Shown piece by piece: positions 24,492-35,138 of a DNA stretch of 64,000 nt. Numbering within the stretch: position 1 is the first letter of the stretch; the number at the start of each line of letters is the position of its first letter. This DNA is from an uncultured virus (IMG/VR IMGVR_UViG_3300042868_003000) (lineage: Duplodnaviria; Heunggongvirae; Uroviricota; Caudoviricetes). The DNA lies in IMG/VR virus record IMGVR_UViG_3300042868_003000; one strand, 5' to 3'. The notes under the pieces were generated by a model. That model was not told the DNA's origin and made no database searches. It was given only the letters and a program-made list of their open reading frames with translations. The translations under genes were made by a program, and so were the position numbers.

Positions 24492-25420
24492 TTGAATTCA
24501 CATTCAACCATTAGTTCTGTAAGGCAGGCAATCAAATTGATTTCGTGGTCTGCAACAAAGGCTGACTGATATTGATACTTAGCCAAAATTAGTACCATTT
24601 GTGGTACAGAGTTGGGTTTCAACTTCTCATATAATGAATCATAGATGTTTCTAAAGATTCTGGTGATATCGTTGTCGAGGTTGTTTGTAGTCCATTTTCG
24701 ACAAGAAGCGAAGTCCTTGTTCATAATAGAAGACACCAGTTCACTCATCTGTACATCAGAAACCGAGGCCAAGATGCCTTTGTCGATTGTGCCACTAACA
24801 CTATAACGTTGTAGTTCATTTAGAACACGGCGATTATCAGGGAAATGTTTGGTGATAACGGCAGCAACCACTTGCTTATCGTATGTAACATCTTCTTGCT
24901 CTAAAATCCATTCAACACGTTTGAAGAATCCTGCAGCCATCTTTTGTTTACTGCCATTGATTTTAAAGTCAATAACGGTACAACGTGAATGAATCGGGTC
25001 AATGATTCTGTTCTTAAAGTTACATGTGAAGATGAATGAACAGTTGGATGAGAACTCCTCGATAGCACCACGCAGCGCAGGTTGAGTTGAATTTGGATTT
25101 AGATAGTCTGCTTCGTCAATAATAACAACCTTGCGGCCGCCTGACAAGGACATAGATGATGCGTAGTTCTTGATTTTGTTCCGTAGAACATCAATACCCG
25201 ATTCATCTGAACCGTTAATCATAATGTAATCGCAACCGACTTCTTCACAGAGAGCCTTTGCAATTGTAGTTTTACCAACACCAGCAGAACCAGCCAACAA
25301 GAGATTGGGAATCTCTTTGCGGTTTACATACTCCTGAAATGTGGCCTTGATGCCATCAGGAAGAATACAATCTTCGATGGTCTTAGGACGATACTTCTCG
25401 ACCCATAAAATGTGTGACAT
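24488..25420 (-). CDS. 44: Clamp loader ATPase gp44
   Basis: LWVEKYRP, GSAGVGKTT, IIDEAD, SRC. Confidence 0.96.
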   Translation of the reverse strand: MSHILWVEKYRPKTIEDCILPDGIKATFQEYVNRKEIPNLLLAGSAGVGKTTIAKALCEEVGCDYIMINGSDESGIDVLRNKIKNYASSMSLSGGRKVVIIDEADYLNPNSTQPALRGAIEEFSSNCSFIFTCNFKNRIIDPIHSRCTVIDFKINGSKQKMAAGFFKRVEWILEQEDVTYDKQVVAAVITKHFPDNRRVLNELQRYSVSGTIDKGILASVSDVQMSELVSSIMNKDFASCRKWTTNNLDNDITRIFRNIYDSLYEKLKPNSVPQMVLILAKYQYQSAFVADHEINLIACLTELMVECEFK

Positions 25421-25440
25421 TCAAATACTCCATAATATAA

Positions 25441-25788
25441 TTAAATTTCATCGTGCCATTTAAAGCCAAGAAGATACTTGGCCATAAATCTGATGACGGC
25501 ATTTGGTTTAGTGGGTCTATAAACAAACATAGAGTCTGTGATTTCCCACTTACCAACATTCTTTTCACTGGGTCTTATAACAAACTCGGTTTGATGCGAA
25601 CTGGTAGCACCTATCCAACTGGTGACACCAGTACCACCACTAGTAATCAAGTAACTGCCATCAAGTGTGACAGGACTCCATTGTTTATTTCGCCATTCTG
25701 CAATCCATTGTTCACACGGAGTAAAATCCAAATCCAGTTTGGTTTGCTCCATCAACGGAAAGAAAAATTGAATTTCAGTCTGTTGCAT
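25441..25788 (-). CDS. Hypothetical protein
   Basis: 115 aa ORF in operon. Confidence 0.6.
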   Translation of the reverse strand: MQQTEIQFFFPLMEQTKLDLDFTPCEQWIAEWRNKQWSPVTLDGSYLITSGGTGVTSWIGATSSHQTEFVIRPSEKNVGKWEITDSMFVYRPTKPNAVIRFMAKYLLGFKWHDEI

Positions 25789-25975
25789 GTGGAAAAGGCC
25801 AACTTAAATCTTTTTTAAGTTCTTCAACACGACTTTGTAAAACACTTATTGCTGTATTATAATGACCAGTGCCTTCTTGGTTTGGATCGAATCTAGATTT
25901 CAATACACTAATTTCTTTATTCAATACAGCAATGTATTCAGTCTTATCAGTCCATGTTCTAATTTCACCCATCAT
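25775..25975 (-). CDS. Hypothetical protein
   Basis: 66 aa; GTGHYNTAISVL..RV motif. Confidence 0.65.
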   Translation of the reverse strand: MMGEIRTWTDKTEYIAVLNKEISVLKSRFDPNQEGTGHYNTAISVLQSRVEELKKDLSWPFPHATD

Positions 25976-26247
25976 TTTACCTCGTTCATACTTTCAAATA
26001 GAGCTTCAAACTCTTTTGATTCTGCCACTTCAGTTTGGAATGAATTTTTGAATTGTGTTTTTGCCATACGTTTGACAATCTTCTTAGGGATTTTCAATTC
26101 ATCATTGGTAATATCCACAATATCTTTAATTGCCTCATTATTGGATTGGTTTCTCTGCATATGCAGTACCACTTCATCAATATAACCTTTGAGTTTTTTA
26201 AGTTGGTCTTCGTCAAAAGAACCAAACAATGTATTTACTTTAGTCAT
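25972..26247 (-). CDS. DsbA/GapR-like dsDNA-binding protein
   Basis: 91 aa helical; IKDIVD...ELKIPKKIVKRMAK..FK..F pattern like T4 DsbA. Confidence 0.65.
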   Translation of the reverse strand: MTKVNTLFGSFDEDQLKKLKGYIDEVVLHMQRNQSNNEAIKDIVDITNDELKIPKKIVKRMAKTQFKNSFQTEVAESKEFEALFESMNEVK

Positions 26248-26429
26248 TAATTGGATCCAATCAGTGCAATAACATCGTAATCACTTTCTTCAACAATGAT
26301 ATCACTGTTTGTGAGTTTGATTCCTGTTTTACCTTTTAGTTCACCATCAATCATAGTATATACCGCTACGATATAATTTTCATTAATTGAAACTTTGTTG
26401 CCGTTGGCTGCGTCTGTAACCCAAATCAT
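26247..26429 (-). CDS. Small protein, FlbD-like
   Basis: Start MIWVTDAANGNKVSINENYI after GGAG; ...IKLTNSDIIVEES pattern. Confidence 0.5.
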   Translation of the reverse strand: MIWVTDAANGNKVSINENYIVAVYTMIDGELKGKTGIKLTNSDIIVEESDYDVIALIGSN

Positions 26430-26430
26430 A

Positions 26431-27108
26431 TTATTCTCCAAACGATAGGTCAGACTCTTTTGCTTCAATAGCAATCCAGTATTCCATATCTTCTTTAGTA
26501 TTTTTAAAGTATGACAAACCTTTAGATGAGATTTGTACCTCATAAGAACCAGAAATCATTTTAAAGTTCTCTGTCAAAAACAAAGCCTTAAACTTCTTAC
26601 CATTACCATCAGCAATTTCTGTTGAGTCGGTATGTGCAGAGTTGTCTTTTGCATCACAGGTTGTGATAGAAATCTTTTCACCATCAGACATGATAGCAAT
26701 GTTAGGTGATTGTAGGATGCTTGCGGTCTTTAGAATAGAAGCAAGTTCTTCTTCTTTCAATGTAAAGGACACATCAACAGAAGGCAACGTCAATTCTTTA
26801 TCTGGCGGAGTTACAATCATACTCTTGGCAGTCTTGCGATAGTTTAGTTTCTTACGACCAACTTTGAAGATAACATGTTTGTCATCAAAGTCAATTTCAC
26901 CATCTTTGTATAATGATTGTACAGATAAAAACTGGTTCAAATCATAGATACAGAAATCTTGTGGGAATTCATCTTTAACTCCGGCCTTGGCCAGTACAGT
27001 CTTTGTTGCGGAAATAGTTGTCAATTTCTTACCTGTCTTAAACTCAATGCCAGGATTAATGTTGGCAAAGTTTTTAAGAACCGTTAAGGTCTCATTAGAT
27101 AATTTCAT
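26431..27108 (-). CDS. 45: Sliding clamp gp45
   Basis: MKLSNETL.VLKNFA.IN, IYDLNQFLS, YWIAIE. Confidence 0.95.
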   Translation of the reverse strand: MKLSNETLTVLKNFANINPGIEFKTGKKLTTISATKTVLAKAGVKDEFPQDFCIYDLNQFLSVQSLYKDGEIDFDDKHVIFKVGRKKLNYRKTAKSMIVTPPDKELTLPSVDVSFTLKEEELASILKTASILQSPNIAIMSDGEKISITTCDAKDNSAHTDSTEIADGNGKKFKALFLTENFKMISGSYEVQISSKGLSYFKNTKEDMEYWIAIEAKESDLSFGE

Positions 27109-27770
27109 TACGATACTCCTTGTTTCAATTCACTCATTATACTTGGTCCATAAGAGGTTGTCAAGCATTTAATCATATTAACTTTCAAATCTTCTAAGGA
27201 TTTGGTATTGTCAATTTGATGGTCGATGTAACCACCAATCCAACGCCACTCAGATTCATGTACACCAGATTGTTTCAACATAAAGTCTTCCGCTTTCCAG
27301 TCACCACGATTTGCTTTGGAAGCAATTTCATACCAATGTGGTGTTACACCACGTTGTATCTCAATTAAGATACCATTTTGTTTATGTACGAAATCAATTT
27401 CATTTTGAAAACGTACATCAGTTATTACATAGTTTTGGTCTGGATTTTTCTGCATATAGTTTTTGAGTTTAATTACCCAAAAGTCTTGGTGAAATACATC
27501 ACGTCCAACTTCTGTACCCATTAACTGTAATGCAATTCTTGGTGTGAACTGACGACCAAATTCTTCCGACCAAAACTTATCTGGTTGTTCACGCCATTGT
27601 CTAGACTGTTCAGTATCACCCTCTAACAAATGCCGAGGCCAACCAAACATTTCTGCGGCAACATCTTTAACACCTTTGGCAAAACTCACAGGAGTAAAAC
27701 CAAGGTCTTTAAGTATGTCGCCAGCAGTACCTTTACCTGAACCAATGAATCCAAGTAACCCAACAAGCAT
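27108..27770 (-). CDS. 1: Deoxynucleoside monophosphate kinase (T4 gp1-like)
   Basis: GFIGSGKGT, LQLMGTEVGR, ITDVRF.NE, HESE. Confidence 0.9.
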   Translation of the reverse strand: MLVGLLGFIGSGKGTAGDILKDLGFTPVSFAKGVKDVAAEMFGWPRHLLEGDTEQSRQWREQPDKFWSEEFGRQFTPRIALQLMGTEVGRDVFHQDFWVIKLKNYMQKNPDQNYVITDVRFQNEIDFVHKQNGILIEIQRGVTPHWYEIASKANRGDWKAEDFMLKQSGVHESEWRWIGGYIDHQIDNTKSLEDLKVNMIKCLTTSYGPSIMSELKQGVS

Positions 27771-28588
27771 TACATTTCTCCAACGTAATTCGCAACAGCT
27801 GGCATATCACCTTTAAAGTGGTACGTACCAATGTGGTCTGCTCGCATCCAAGGACACAACCAAATAGAACCACCAATTTTACGCCACAGTTGACAGAACA
27901 TGTAGTCTTCTGACAAGTAACGGTCTGAACCACCACCAGTTGGAGAATCTATAGTATCAATCAATGTATCAAAGTATGCATGGATGTATCGTGATCCATC
28001 AAAATTGGCTTGGCCAACATGGTCTGGTTTATAACGCAAATGTGGAAATGCTTCTGCAAATTTAGGAAACACTTCACGTTTAACCATCATAAAACCGGTA
28101 CCAATTTCCAAAACTTCTAATGGATCGGAAACACTAAATTTGTCTGTGCCTTTTACGGGATTAAAAACATAATCGCCAGTAACTTTTTCTAAGTCACTTG
28201 CTTCCATGGCTGGATTTTTAGTCAAAGCTTTCTTAACAGATGACCATTTGATGGCCTTCTTAGGATAAGGACCACCAATAACATCTTTATCTAGTGCCAA
28301 TAAAGCAATAACATCTTGTGGATTAAAGTGTACGTCAGCATCAATAAACAACATGTGCGTACAATCAGAACGATGCAGAAATTCATCAACAAGATAATTT
28401 CTAGCACGGGTAATTAAAGACTCATTGAAAAGAAATGAAAATTTCACTTGGACACCATACTGCATACAGATGGCTTGTAAATCGAGACATGCTTTGGCAT
28501 AGAGTCCGTGATTCATTCCGCCGTACATTGGTGTCGCAACGAAAATACTTTTCTTTGCTAATTCTTCTTTTTTAATTGAAATTTCCAT
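27770..28588 (-). CDS. GT-A-like glycosyltransferase
   Basis: VATPMYGG, ESLITRARN, LFIDAD, GTGFMM, LSEDY.FC. Confidence 0.7.
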   Translation of the reverse strand: MEISIKKEELAKKSIFVATPMYGGMNHGLYAKACLDLQAICMQYGVQVKFSFLFNESLITRARNYLVDEFLHRSDCTHMLFIDADVHFNPQDVIALLALDKDVIGGPYPKKAIKWSSVKKALTKNPAMEASDLEKVTGDYVFNPVKGTDKFSVSDPLEVLEIGTGFMMVKREVFPKFAEAFPHLRYKPDHVGQANFDGSRYIHAYFDTLIDTIDSPTGGGSDRYLSEDYMFCQLWRKIGGSIWLCPWMRADHIGTYHFKGDMPAVANYVGEM

Positions 28589-28603
28589 TTACTCTCCAAA
28601 AAT

Positions 28604-28638
28604 AAAAAAAAGGGAGTACCACATCAAGTGGTCTCCCC
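28604..28638 (-). terminator. Intrinsic terminator
   Basis: GGGAGACCAC-TTGAT-GTGGTACTCCC followed by a T run on the minus strand. Confidence 0.7.
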
Positions 28639-28650
28639 GTATTCACCTAA

Positions 28651-28920
28651 TTAGGCGTTGAAGCTGTAACCTGCATTGATAGCGGTACGAACCATAGACT
28701 TGGTTGGTTTGCCCATGCGGTAAACAGAAACCTTACTACCATCACCACGGGATTTGGTGTTAGTGTAGATGACATGGCCTTCTTGGCGCAATTCATCAAT
28801 ACGTGCGGAAACGTTTTGGATTCCGAAACGAGCACGAGCTTGTGCTGTAGAAAGGGTGTTATAACCCTCAGTCTTGCTCAAAAAGTTGAGTATGCGGGTT
28901 TTTGCGGATAGTTTAGTCAA
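28651..28920 (-). CDS. Winged-helix DNA-binding protein
   Basis: TTG start after AGGAG; RILNFL...ARARFGIQNVSARIDELRQEG; has its own promoter and terminator. Confidence 0.75.
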   Translation of the reverse strand: MTKLSAKTRILNFLSKTEGYNTLSTAQARARFGIQNVSARIDELRQEGHVIYTNTKSRGDGSKVSVYRMGKPTKSMVRTAINAGYSFNA

Positions 28921-28975
28921 GATAAATCTCCTAATGACAAAGTTAAACAAAGTACTTGCGTGTGCAAGAATTTAC

Positions 28976-29004
28976 ATTATACTACTACTTAGTGTGTGTG
29001 TCAA
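28976..29004 (-). promoter_or_regulatory. Sigma70 promoter
   Basis: TTGACA-17-TATAAT. Confidence 0.85.
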
Positions 29005-29025
29005 GTATATTTGTGGTATACTTTT

Positions 29026-30291
29026 TTATCTGCCAACTTGTGGCAAATATTTGGTCTTGGTTTCTTCCCAAGACAGGTATATCAAGTCATCATAGAACAA
29101 TGATTCATAAGATACATTATTCTTTTTCTTTAACATTGATATACGACCTTTGGCATATTTGGTTTTCCAAATTTGCACCAAGGCTTCTTCACTGGTATCA
29201 AATGATTTGACCAGTTGTTCATCACCAATTTCTTTTCTAAGATATTCATTGGTGTTGTTGTACAGAGGAGAGAAGTAGATTCCTCTCTGATGTTCGGTAC
29301 GGATAAGTTCTTTTGGAATACCTAACTTACCATATGCAAAATTTAGTGTACGATTTTTATGGTCACGTTTAAGTGGCAAACCTTTTTGATTCTTGGCTTC
29401 CCACCATTCAAAATATTTTCGTGTGTAGTTCTCTTTTACCCAATTGTAAATCAACGCTCTGGTTTTTCTGGATGGTTCAAAGGCAACCGACCCACTGGAG
29501 AAACCCATTTTGTTCCAGTGATCCAAACCATCATACTGAGATAAACCACCAGACTTAGTATTGCCATAAAGAGAAGTAGTAGTGACTCCAACGAGAACAT
29601 CATCATATTGTCTTTTCCAATCTTTTTGTACTGTGTCCGCAAGGCATAGCAATGCCAACAGCTTGCCACCCATGTAATTGAAACCAAGCGGTTGTAACGG
29701 AACAATTGTAGAACCGATGGCAGTGTGATTAATCATACCTTGTTGAGTCTTAACATCTCTAGGCCAACCGATTGCGGTGTCTCTTGGAGTCAAGTCCAAG
29801 AAGTCGGACGATATACACATAACACCAAGATACTTGTCTGTGTTCTCATCAACCACGGTGTAATAAAGATTACGACCAATGTTAGAGTTGTTCTTCATTG
29901 TAGAAGAAAATGTACGTACTGTATTCCAAGTTTCTGCCAAAGTTCCATTCGATAGTACCAGTCTTGGTTTCAATTTTTCATAATCATCTGGACCTTCTGG
30001 CATCCAAAAGTTCTTCTTAACCTTTTCAACCAGTTTCTTTTGTGTAACATCTACCAATTGTATATCTTCACCAAACAAGGTGCCGATGTTTCTGGTAGGA
30101 TACTTCTCATGTACCTCTAACCATTTTTGATATAAGGTATATTCACGTACATCCATCTGTGAGGCATACGTAAGGTCCTTAATCAATATTTCTTTTAGCT
30201 GCTCGGTATCAATGTGTTCAAAACGTTCAGGTTCATTTAGTACCTGCCATTTTTCCCACTGAGCATCAACATAATCTATAGGTGTGGCCAT
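29026..30291 (-). CDS. DUF4338/DruA-like protein (paralog 2)
   Basis: QPLGFNYMGGKLLALLC, TTTSLYG, SQYDGL, RGIY. Confidence 0.65.
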   Translation of the reverse strand: MATPIDYVDAQWEKWQVLNEPERFEHIDTEQLKEILIKDLTYASQMDVREYTLYQKWLEVHEKYPTRNIGTLFGEDIQLVDVTQKKLVEKVKKNFWMPEGPDDYEKLKPRLVLSNGTLAETWNTVRTFSSTMKNNSNIGRNLYYTVVDENTDKYLGVMCISSDFLDLTPRDTAIGWPRDVKTQQGMINHTAIGSTIVPLQPLGFNYMGGKLLALLCLADTVQKDWKRQYDDVLVGVTTTSLYGNTKSGGLSQYDGLDHWNKMGFSSGSVAFEPSRKTRALIYNWVKENYTRKYFEWWEAKNQKGLPLKRDHKNRTLNFAYGKLGIPKELIRTEHQRGIYFSPLYNNTNEYLRKEIGDEQLVKSFDTSEEALVQIWKTKYAKGRISMLKKKNNVSYESLFYDDLIYLSWEETKTKYLPQVGR

Positions 30292-30896
30292 TAAGTTCTT
30301 TGTGTGAGTTGATTCATTTTCTTAGGATTAAAATACTTGCGTCTAATTTTTTCTAGTCTTTTTAAACCATACTGTAACGCAAGTGGTTTTACACGGCTAG
30401 TATACACTATCCCGTTCATGTGGTCAAGCTCATGGAGAAAACATCTTGCAGATATACCATTAAAAGTTTTGGTACGTTTCTCACCATTGTAATCCTGGTA
30501 CTCCACTTCCACGGTTTCTGGTCTAGTAATGTGTAGATTTAGGAAAGGGAATGAAAGGCATCCTTCTTCCATGTGTTTTTCTCCACTTGATGAAAGTATT
30601 TTTGGATTAAAGTATGCCACATATTCTTCGCCGGCACCCATAACAAAAACACGATATTCGAAACCACATTGGTTGGCAGATAAACCAATACCATTTTGTT
30701 TCTTGCAAGTTTCTACCAATGTTGATGCAAAACTATTTGCATTGATTGGTGCATTTTCAAAATCAAACTCTGGTAAAACTTTGTACAGAGCTGGATGGTC
30801 TGGTGGTACCAAATCAAATGTTTCAACTTGTGTTGCTGTTGGTTTAATCTTAACCGCTTCTACTGTGTCGTATAAGACAATATCTTCTGTACTCAT
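30291..30896 (-). CDS. def: Peptide deformylase
   Basis: GIGLSANQ, EGCLS, HELDH. Confidence 0.95.
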   Translation of the reverse strand: MSTEDIVLYDTVEAVKIKPTATQVETFDLVPPDHPALYKVLPEFDFENAPINANSFASTLVETCKKQNGIGLSANQCGFEYRVFVMGAGEEYVAYFNPKILSSSGEKHMEEGCLSFPFLNLHITRPETVEVEYQDYNGEKRTKTFNGISARCFLHELDHMNGIVYTSRVKPLALQYGLKRLEKIRRKYFNPKKMNQLTQRT

Positions 30897-32611
30897 TTTG
30901 CAATCCTTGAAAAATTATTTTTCTTTTCAAATTTAATGACCGAACGGAACTTATCGAACAATTGGTCGCCTTTATGTGAGATAACAAATACGTTTGTATC
31001 TGCACCCATTTCTTGTATTAACTTTAGAAATTCTTCAGTGCCTACGGTGTCGAGGCTGGAATCAAACACTTCATCAAGTATCAACAAATTTGTATTGGTA
31101 CTATTCTTTAGTTTGGCAATTTGTCGCCAAGTAAATAATAATGCCAAATCAATACGCATCTTTTCACCTTCTGAAAAATTAGCATAAGAGAAATCATCAC
31201 GGTGTCTACTCTTAATTGTTTCTTCAAAGTTTTCATTGATGTTAAAGTTAACAAAAAAGTCCATGGCTTTCAGGTACTTGTTAACTAACTTGTTCATAAC
31301 TGGCAAGTATTGTTTGATGATCCGTGTCTTAATGCCACCATCTTTCAACAAAGTGCCTGCAAATTCATGGTAATGTTTTTCTATTAAACAAGATTCATAA
31401 CCTTTTTTATAATCATTCAATGCAACATTCAATTCGATTAATTTTTGGTCACCACCTTCTGTACCAGTTTGTTTCTTGGTCAACTCATCAATCTCATTAT
31501 TCAATTTAGATATGTAACTGTTTATTGCTGACATAGTAGAGGTGTGTTTAATAATTTCACCATTGTGGGAACTGATATGTGAAATGATATCGGTTATTGA
31601 TTCTATTTCGGAAGTTACTTTGTTTAACTCCTGTTCAATCTCAGATAGGCCAGTTTTTTGTGTAGTGATTTTCTCTGACTTTTCTTGTACTTGAGAACCT
31701 TTCCACTCAGGTGTAATAGGTTGTTTACATGTTGGACAATCGTGGTTGTTTTCATAGAAGTCAATCTCCTTTTGATTACGGTCAATATTAGTCTGAACCT
31801 TACCTTTGATTTGAAATAGACCCTTGGCTTTCTTGTCAAGTTTCACTTTCTTATCACCAACTTTATTTTGCAATACTGAAATGTGTTTGTTAATCAACAC
31901 AATATCATTTTGCAATTTGTTATGTTGTTCTTTTGATTTTTCGATTTCTTCCAGTTTACGATTAATTTCCGTATGGTTATTCTTTTTGTGTTCTTCGATG
32001 TTTTGTTTCTGTAAGGTTATCTTTTCTTCTGTAAGAGATATGGCATACTTTGATTTATTTAATTCTTCTTTGATGGCAGAATTCTTTTCTTTAATCACAT
32101 TGTTCATTGAGGAAAAGATTTGAATGTCTAATAGGTCCTCAATGATTGCTCTGCGGTCTGATGCCGACAGTTGCATAAACGGAACAAAGGATGCTGAACC
32201 AAGAATGACAACCTGCGTAAAAGACTTGTAATTTAATTTGAGAATATTATTCTCTAGTATCTCTTGATAGTCTTTTGCAGCTGCATCTTGGTTCAACAAT
32301 ACATCATTCAAATAAATTTCAAATATATTTGGTTTAATGCCACGAATAATTTTATATTTCTTTTGGCCAATATTGAAATGTACTTCAACAACAGCCTCTT
32401 TACCGTTGACAGAATTTAGTAACTGTGGTTTATTAATTTTACGAAAAGGTTTACCAAATAAACCAAAACATAATGCATCCAGTATTGTGGATTTACCTGC
32501 ACCATTGTGTCCGATAATCAAGGTGTTATTGGACTTAGTAAAATCAATCTCAGTAAAATGAGCTCCAGTGGAAAGAAAATTCTTCCACTTAATCTTTTGG
32601 AATAAAATCAT
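30893..32611 (-). CDS. 46: Recombination endonuclease ATPase gp46 (Rad50-like)
   Basis: GHNGAGKST, CPTC hook, FSEGEK, LILDEVFD. Confidence 0.96.
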   Translation of the reverse strand: MILFQKIKWKNFLSTGAHFTEIDFTKSNNTLIIGHNGAGKSTILDALCFGLFGKPFRKINKPQLLNSVNGKEAVVEVHFNIGQKKYKIIRGIKPNIFEIYLNDVLLNQDAAAKDYQEILENNILKLNYKSFTQVVILGSASFVPFMQLSASDRRAIIEDLLDIQIFSSMNNVIKEKNSAIKEELNKSKYAISLTEEKITLQKQNIEEHKKNNHTEINRKLEEIEKSKEQHNKLQNDIVLINKHISVLQNKVGDKKVKLDKKAKGLFQIKGKVQTNIDRNQKEIDFYENNHDCPTCKQPITPEWKGSQVQEKSEKITTQKTGLSEIEQELNKVTSEIESITDIISHISSHNGEIIKHTSTMSAINSYISKLNNEIDELTKKQTGTEGGDQKLIELNVALNDYKKGYESCLIEKHYHEFAGTLLKDGGIKTRIIKQYLPVMNKLVNKYLKAMDFFVNFNINENFEETIKSRHRDDFSYANFSEGEKMRIDLALLFTWRQIAKLKNSTNTNLLILDEVFDSSLDTVGTEEFLKLIQEMGADTNVFVISHKGDQLFDKFRSVIKFEKKNNFSRIAK

Positions 32612-33678
32612 GCTTGTTCAGTATTCAATGCCTCTACGTAGAGTTCTTTTAATAAGGTTTTTAACCTGTCGTTGTCAATACTTTCTTCCGTAATGCCATC
32701 AACATACTTGTTTAATATAGTGATTGTATCTTCAGCTTCATCAATCACTTCATCACCATCTTCCAATTCTGTAAAATCTTCAGCAATTGTAATGTCTGCT
32801 GGGTTTACATTATACAGGTTATTCATGAACTTGTCAAACAAATATGGGTTGTTTTTATTGATTACAACCACTTTAACATAGGTATTTGTATATGGTTTTA
32901 AATCTTTGCCATCAATTTCTTTGATTGATTGTTCTTTATCATCATAAATGATACGATGAAACATCTTGTTTGGATTTTCTATGAACTCAAGTTGGTGAGT
33001 ATCCAAATCAAACAAGTGAAAACCCCGACTGTCATTATAATCTTGCCAAGTAAGTTCATACGGATTTCCCAAATAGTAGATATCATCACTAGAAGATTTG
33101 TGATGGTAATGACCACTAAAAGTGTGACTAAACTTCCTAAAAATTCCACGGTCTAACCCTCCTTCGGATGGCATACCACGATACATGGCAAAACCAGCAA
33201 TTTCAAAATGACCCATACAAAACTTTGCATCGGTGTCTTTTAATGTCTTTAAAGAATCTTCATAATTCTCTGGACATATCCAAGGCATCATACAAATCTT
33301 ATGTGGTCCAACATATATTTCGGTTGGATGGTCAATAACATTTAAGGTGATACCATATTCACCTAACAATAAATCGGCTGAGTTAACATCGTTAGTGTTC
33401 TTAAAATAAGTATCATGATTACCAGCCAACATGTGAACTTGAATACCCATTTCAAACAATGGATCAAAGAACATTTGCTTTGCACGTTTCAACGAAAAGA
33501 AGTTGATATACTTTCTACGGTCAAACGTGTCACCAAGAATAAGTACAGTATCAATCTTTTCTTTTGTCAAAGTTGGAAAGAATGTGTCTTTATAAAACTT
33601 CTCATAGAAGTCTAAAAAAAGTGTTGAATCATTTCTCGCACCAAAATGTTGGTCTGTAATTATTGCTACTTTTGACAT
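32608..33678 (-). CDS. 47: Recombination endonuclease gp47 (Mre11-like)
   Basis: TDQHFG, LGDTFD, GNHD, SGHYH. Confidence 0.95.
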   Translation of the reverse strand: MSKVAIITDQHFGARNDSTLFLDFYEKFYKDTFFPTLTKEKIDTVLILGDTFDRRKYINFFSLKRAKQMFFDPLFEMGIQVHMLAGNHDTYFKNTNDVNSADLLLGEYGITLNVIDHPTEIYVGPHKICMMPWICPENYEDSLKTLKDTDAKFCMGHFEIAGFAMYRGMPSEGGLDRGIFRKFSHTFSGHYHHKSSSDDIYYLGNPYELTWQDYNDSRGFHLFDLDTHQLEFIENPNKMFHRIIYDDKEQSIKEIDGKDLKPYTNTYVKVVVINKNNPYLFDKFMNNLYNVNPADITIAEDFTELEDGDEVIDEAEDTITILNKYVDGITEESIDNDRLKTLLKELYVEALNTEQA

Positions 33679-34127
33679 TCATCATATTCCGTGTTTAATT
33701 TTTTCAATCTTTCAACCTCAGCATTATATACTCTTTGTCTCAATTTAGAACTACTGTATGGATGTTGTCTATCATGGAAGAACAACTCTATACCGTTATC
33801 AAGGCAGTATTGTTTTGCGGTAAAGGGTTTTGATTTGTATTCATCACCTAAAAACCGTATATGAATAGTTTGTGTTTTGAAAATGTTTTCCAAATCTTCT
33901 TCTGTTTCATACACCAATACTTCATCAACATATTTACATCCAGACACTTGAACAAACCTTTCATACAAAGACTGTACTGGTTTGTTTTTGGTATCTGGTC
34001 TATCAATAGTCGGGTCTGATTGTACTGCAACAATCAAATGGTCACAGTGTTGTTTTTCAATCTTTAACATCGTAACATGTCCCGCATGGAATAAATCCAG
34101 CGTACTACAATTAAATCCTATTTTCAT
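33666..34127 (-). CDS. TagD-like cytidylyltransferase
   Basis: DLFHAGH (HxGH), YVDEV, SSSKLR. Confidence 0.88.
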   Translation of the reverse strand: MKIGFNCSTLDLFHAGHVTMLKIEKQHCDHLIVAVQSDPTIDRPDTKNKPVQSLYERFVQVSGCKYVDEVLVYETEEDLENIFKTQTIHIRFLGDEYKSKPFTAKQYCLDNGIELFFHDRQHPYSSSKLRQRVYNAEVERLKKLNTEYDECQK

Positions 34128-34588
34128 TATAAATCCTTTACTGATAATAATGGTGTGCCACTAATCGGCCATTCAATATTATAACCATCCCACTTGAAGT
34201 TTTCTTCTTCTGATTTATTGTATGGTGCATCAACAACATACTGTACAATTGATGTGTCTGAAAGAACCAAGTAACCATGTGCGTATTCTGGTGGTATAGA
34301 AAGAGCAGTGTTTTCATCCAACTCAATGCCAAACCATTTACCAGTTTCTGGTTCTAATGCAACATCGAATATTTTACCATATAATGGCATAACAATTTTT
34401 GTTTGATTTTGTCTATGCATACCACGTAACACATTATAAACAGATGTTGCAATATTGAGTTGTCTGAATTGACCTCTCATACCATCATCATTTATTTTCC
34501 AAAGTTCACAGAAATTACCACGTTCATCATTAAATTTACGATGTGTAATAACTTTTAAACCTGGCAAAAATTCACCATAAGTTTTCAT
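34127..34588 (-). CDS. rmlC: dTDP-4-dehydrorhamnose 3,5-epimerase (RmlC-like)
   Basis: Start MKTYGEF after AGGAG; DERGNF, VLRGMH, AHGYLVLS, LSVKD. Confidence 0.85.
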   Translation of the reverse strand: MKTYGEFLPGLKVITHRKFNDERGNFCELWKINDDGMRGQFRQLNIATSVYNVLRGMHRQNQTKIVMPLYGKIFDVALEPETGKWFGIELDENTALSIPPEYAHGYLVLSDTSIVQYVVDAPYNKSEEENFKWDGYNIEWPISGTPLLSVKDL

Positions 34589-34592
34589 TATA

Positions 34593-35138
34593 TCACTCCT
34601 CAATAAATTTTTCAAGCCCTTTTGGTTTCTTTGCCGCATCTTTTTCGGCTTTCTTTGCTTTTCTGGCATCCTCATATGTTCCGATAAACTCTGCAATGTT
34701 GTCATACAGTTCAAATTGTTTGGTACTACCATCTTCACCTTCCAACATTTCAAATTCATCCAGAATACCGTACATCTCTGTGGCTTTATACTTCACATAC
34801 AACTGTTTCTTTTCTTTCTGTATGCGTCTTAGAAAGGCAAAGTAAATGATTTGAGTAAAGTATGCAAATGGATTGGAAGACTTTGTTGGATCAAAGTTTG
34901 CAAAGTACATTAAGCAATTCTCAATACCATCCGAAACCATTTCATCTCGGTACGTATAGTTAATGAAGTTTGGTTTGTGTGATAGACCTTCGGCAATTTT
35001 CATCCAGCATTCACCAATGTAATTTGGAATGTTTGGCTTTGGTTTGTTGGCAGCCTCAGCTTCTGCACATCTAGATTTATAATCTACCAGTGCCGCTAGG
35101 AAGTCTTGATTGTTTATATAATGTTTTTGTTTACTCAT
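34593..35138 (-). CDS. 55: Late-transcription sigma factor gp55
   Basis: HYINN..F, KPNF.NYTY..EM..DG.E, NPFAYFTQI. Confidence 0.95.
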   Translation of the reverse strand: MSKQKHYINNQDFLAALVDYKSRCAEAEAANKPKPNIPNYIGECWMKIAEGLSHKPNFINYTYRDEMVSDGIENCLMYFANFDPTKSSNPFAYFTQIIYFAFLRRIQKEKKQLYVKYKATEMYGILDEFEMLEGEDGSTKQFELYDNIAEFIGTYEDARKAKKAEKDAAKKPKGLEKFIEE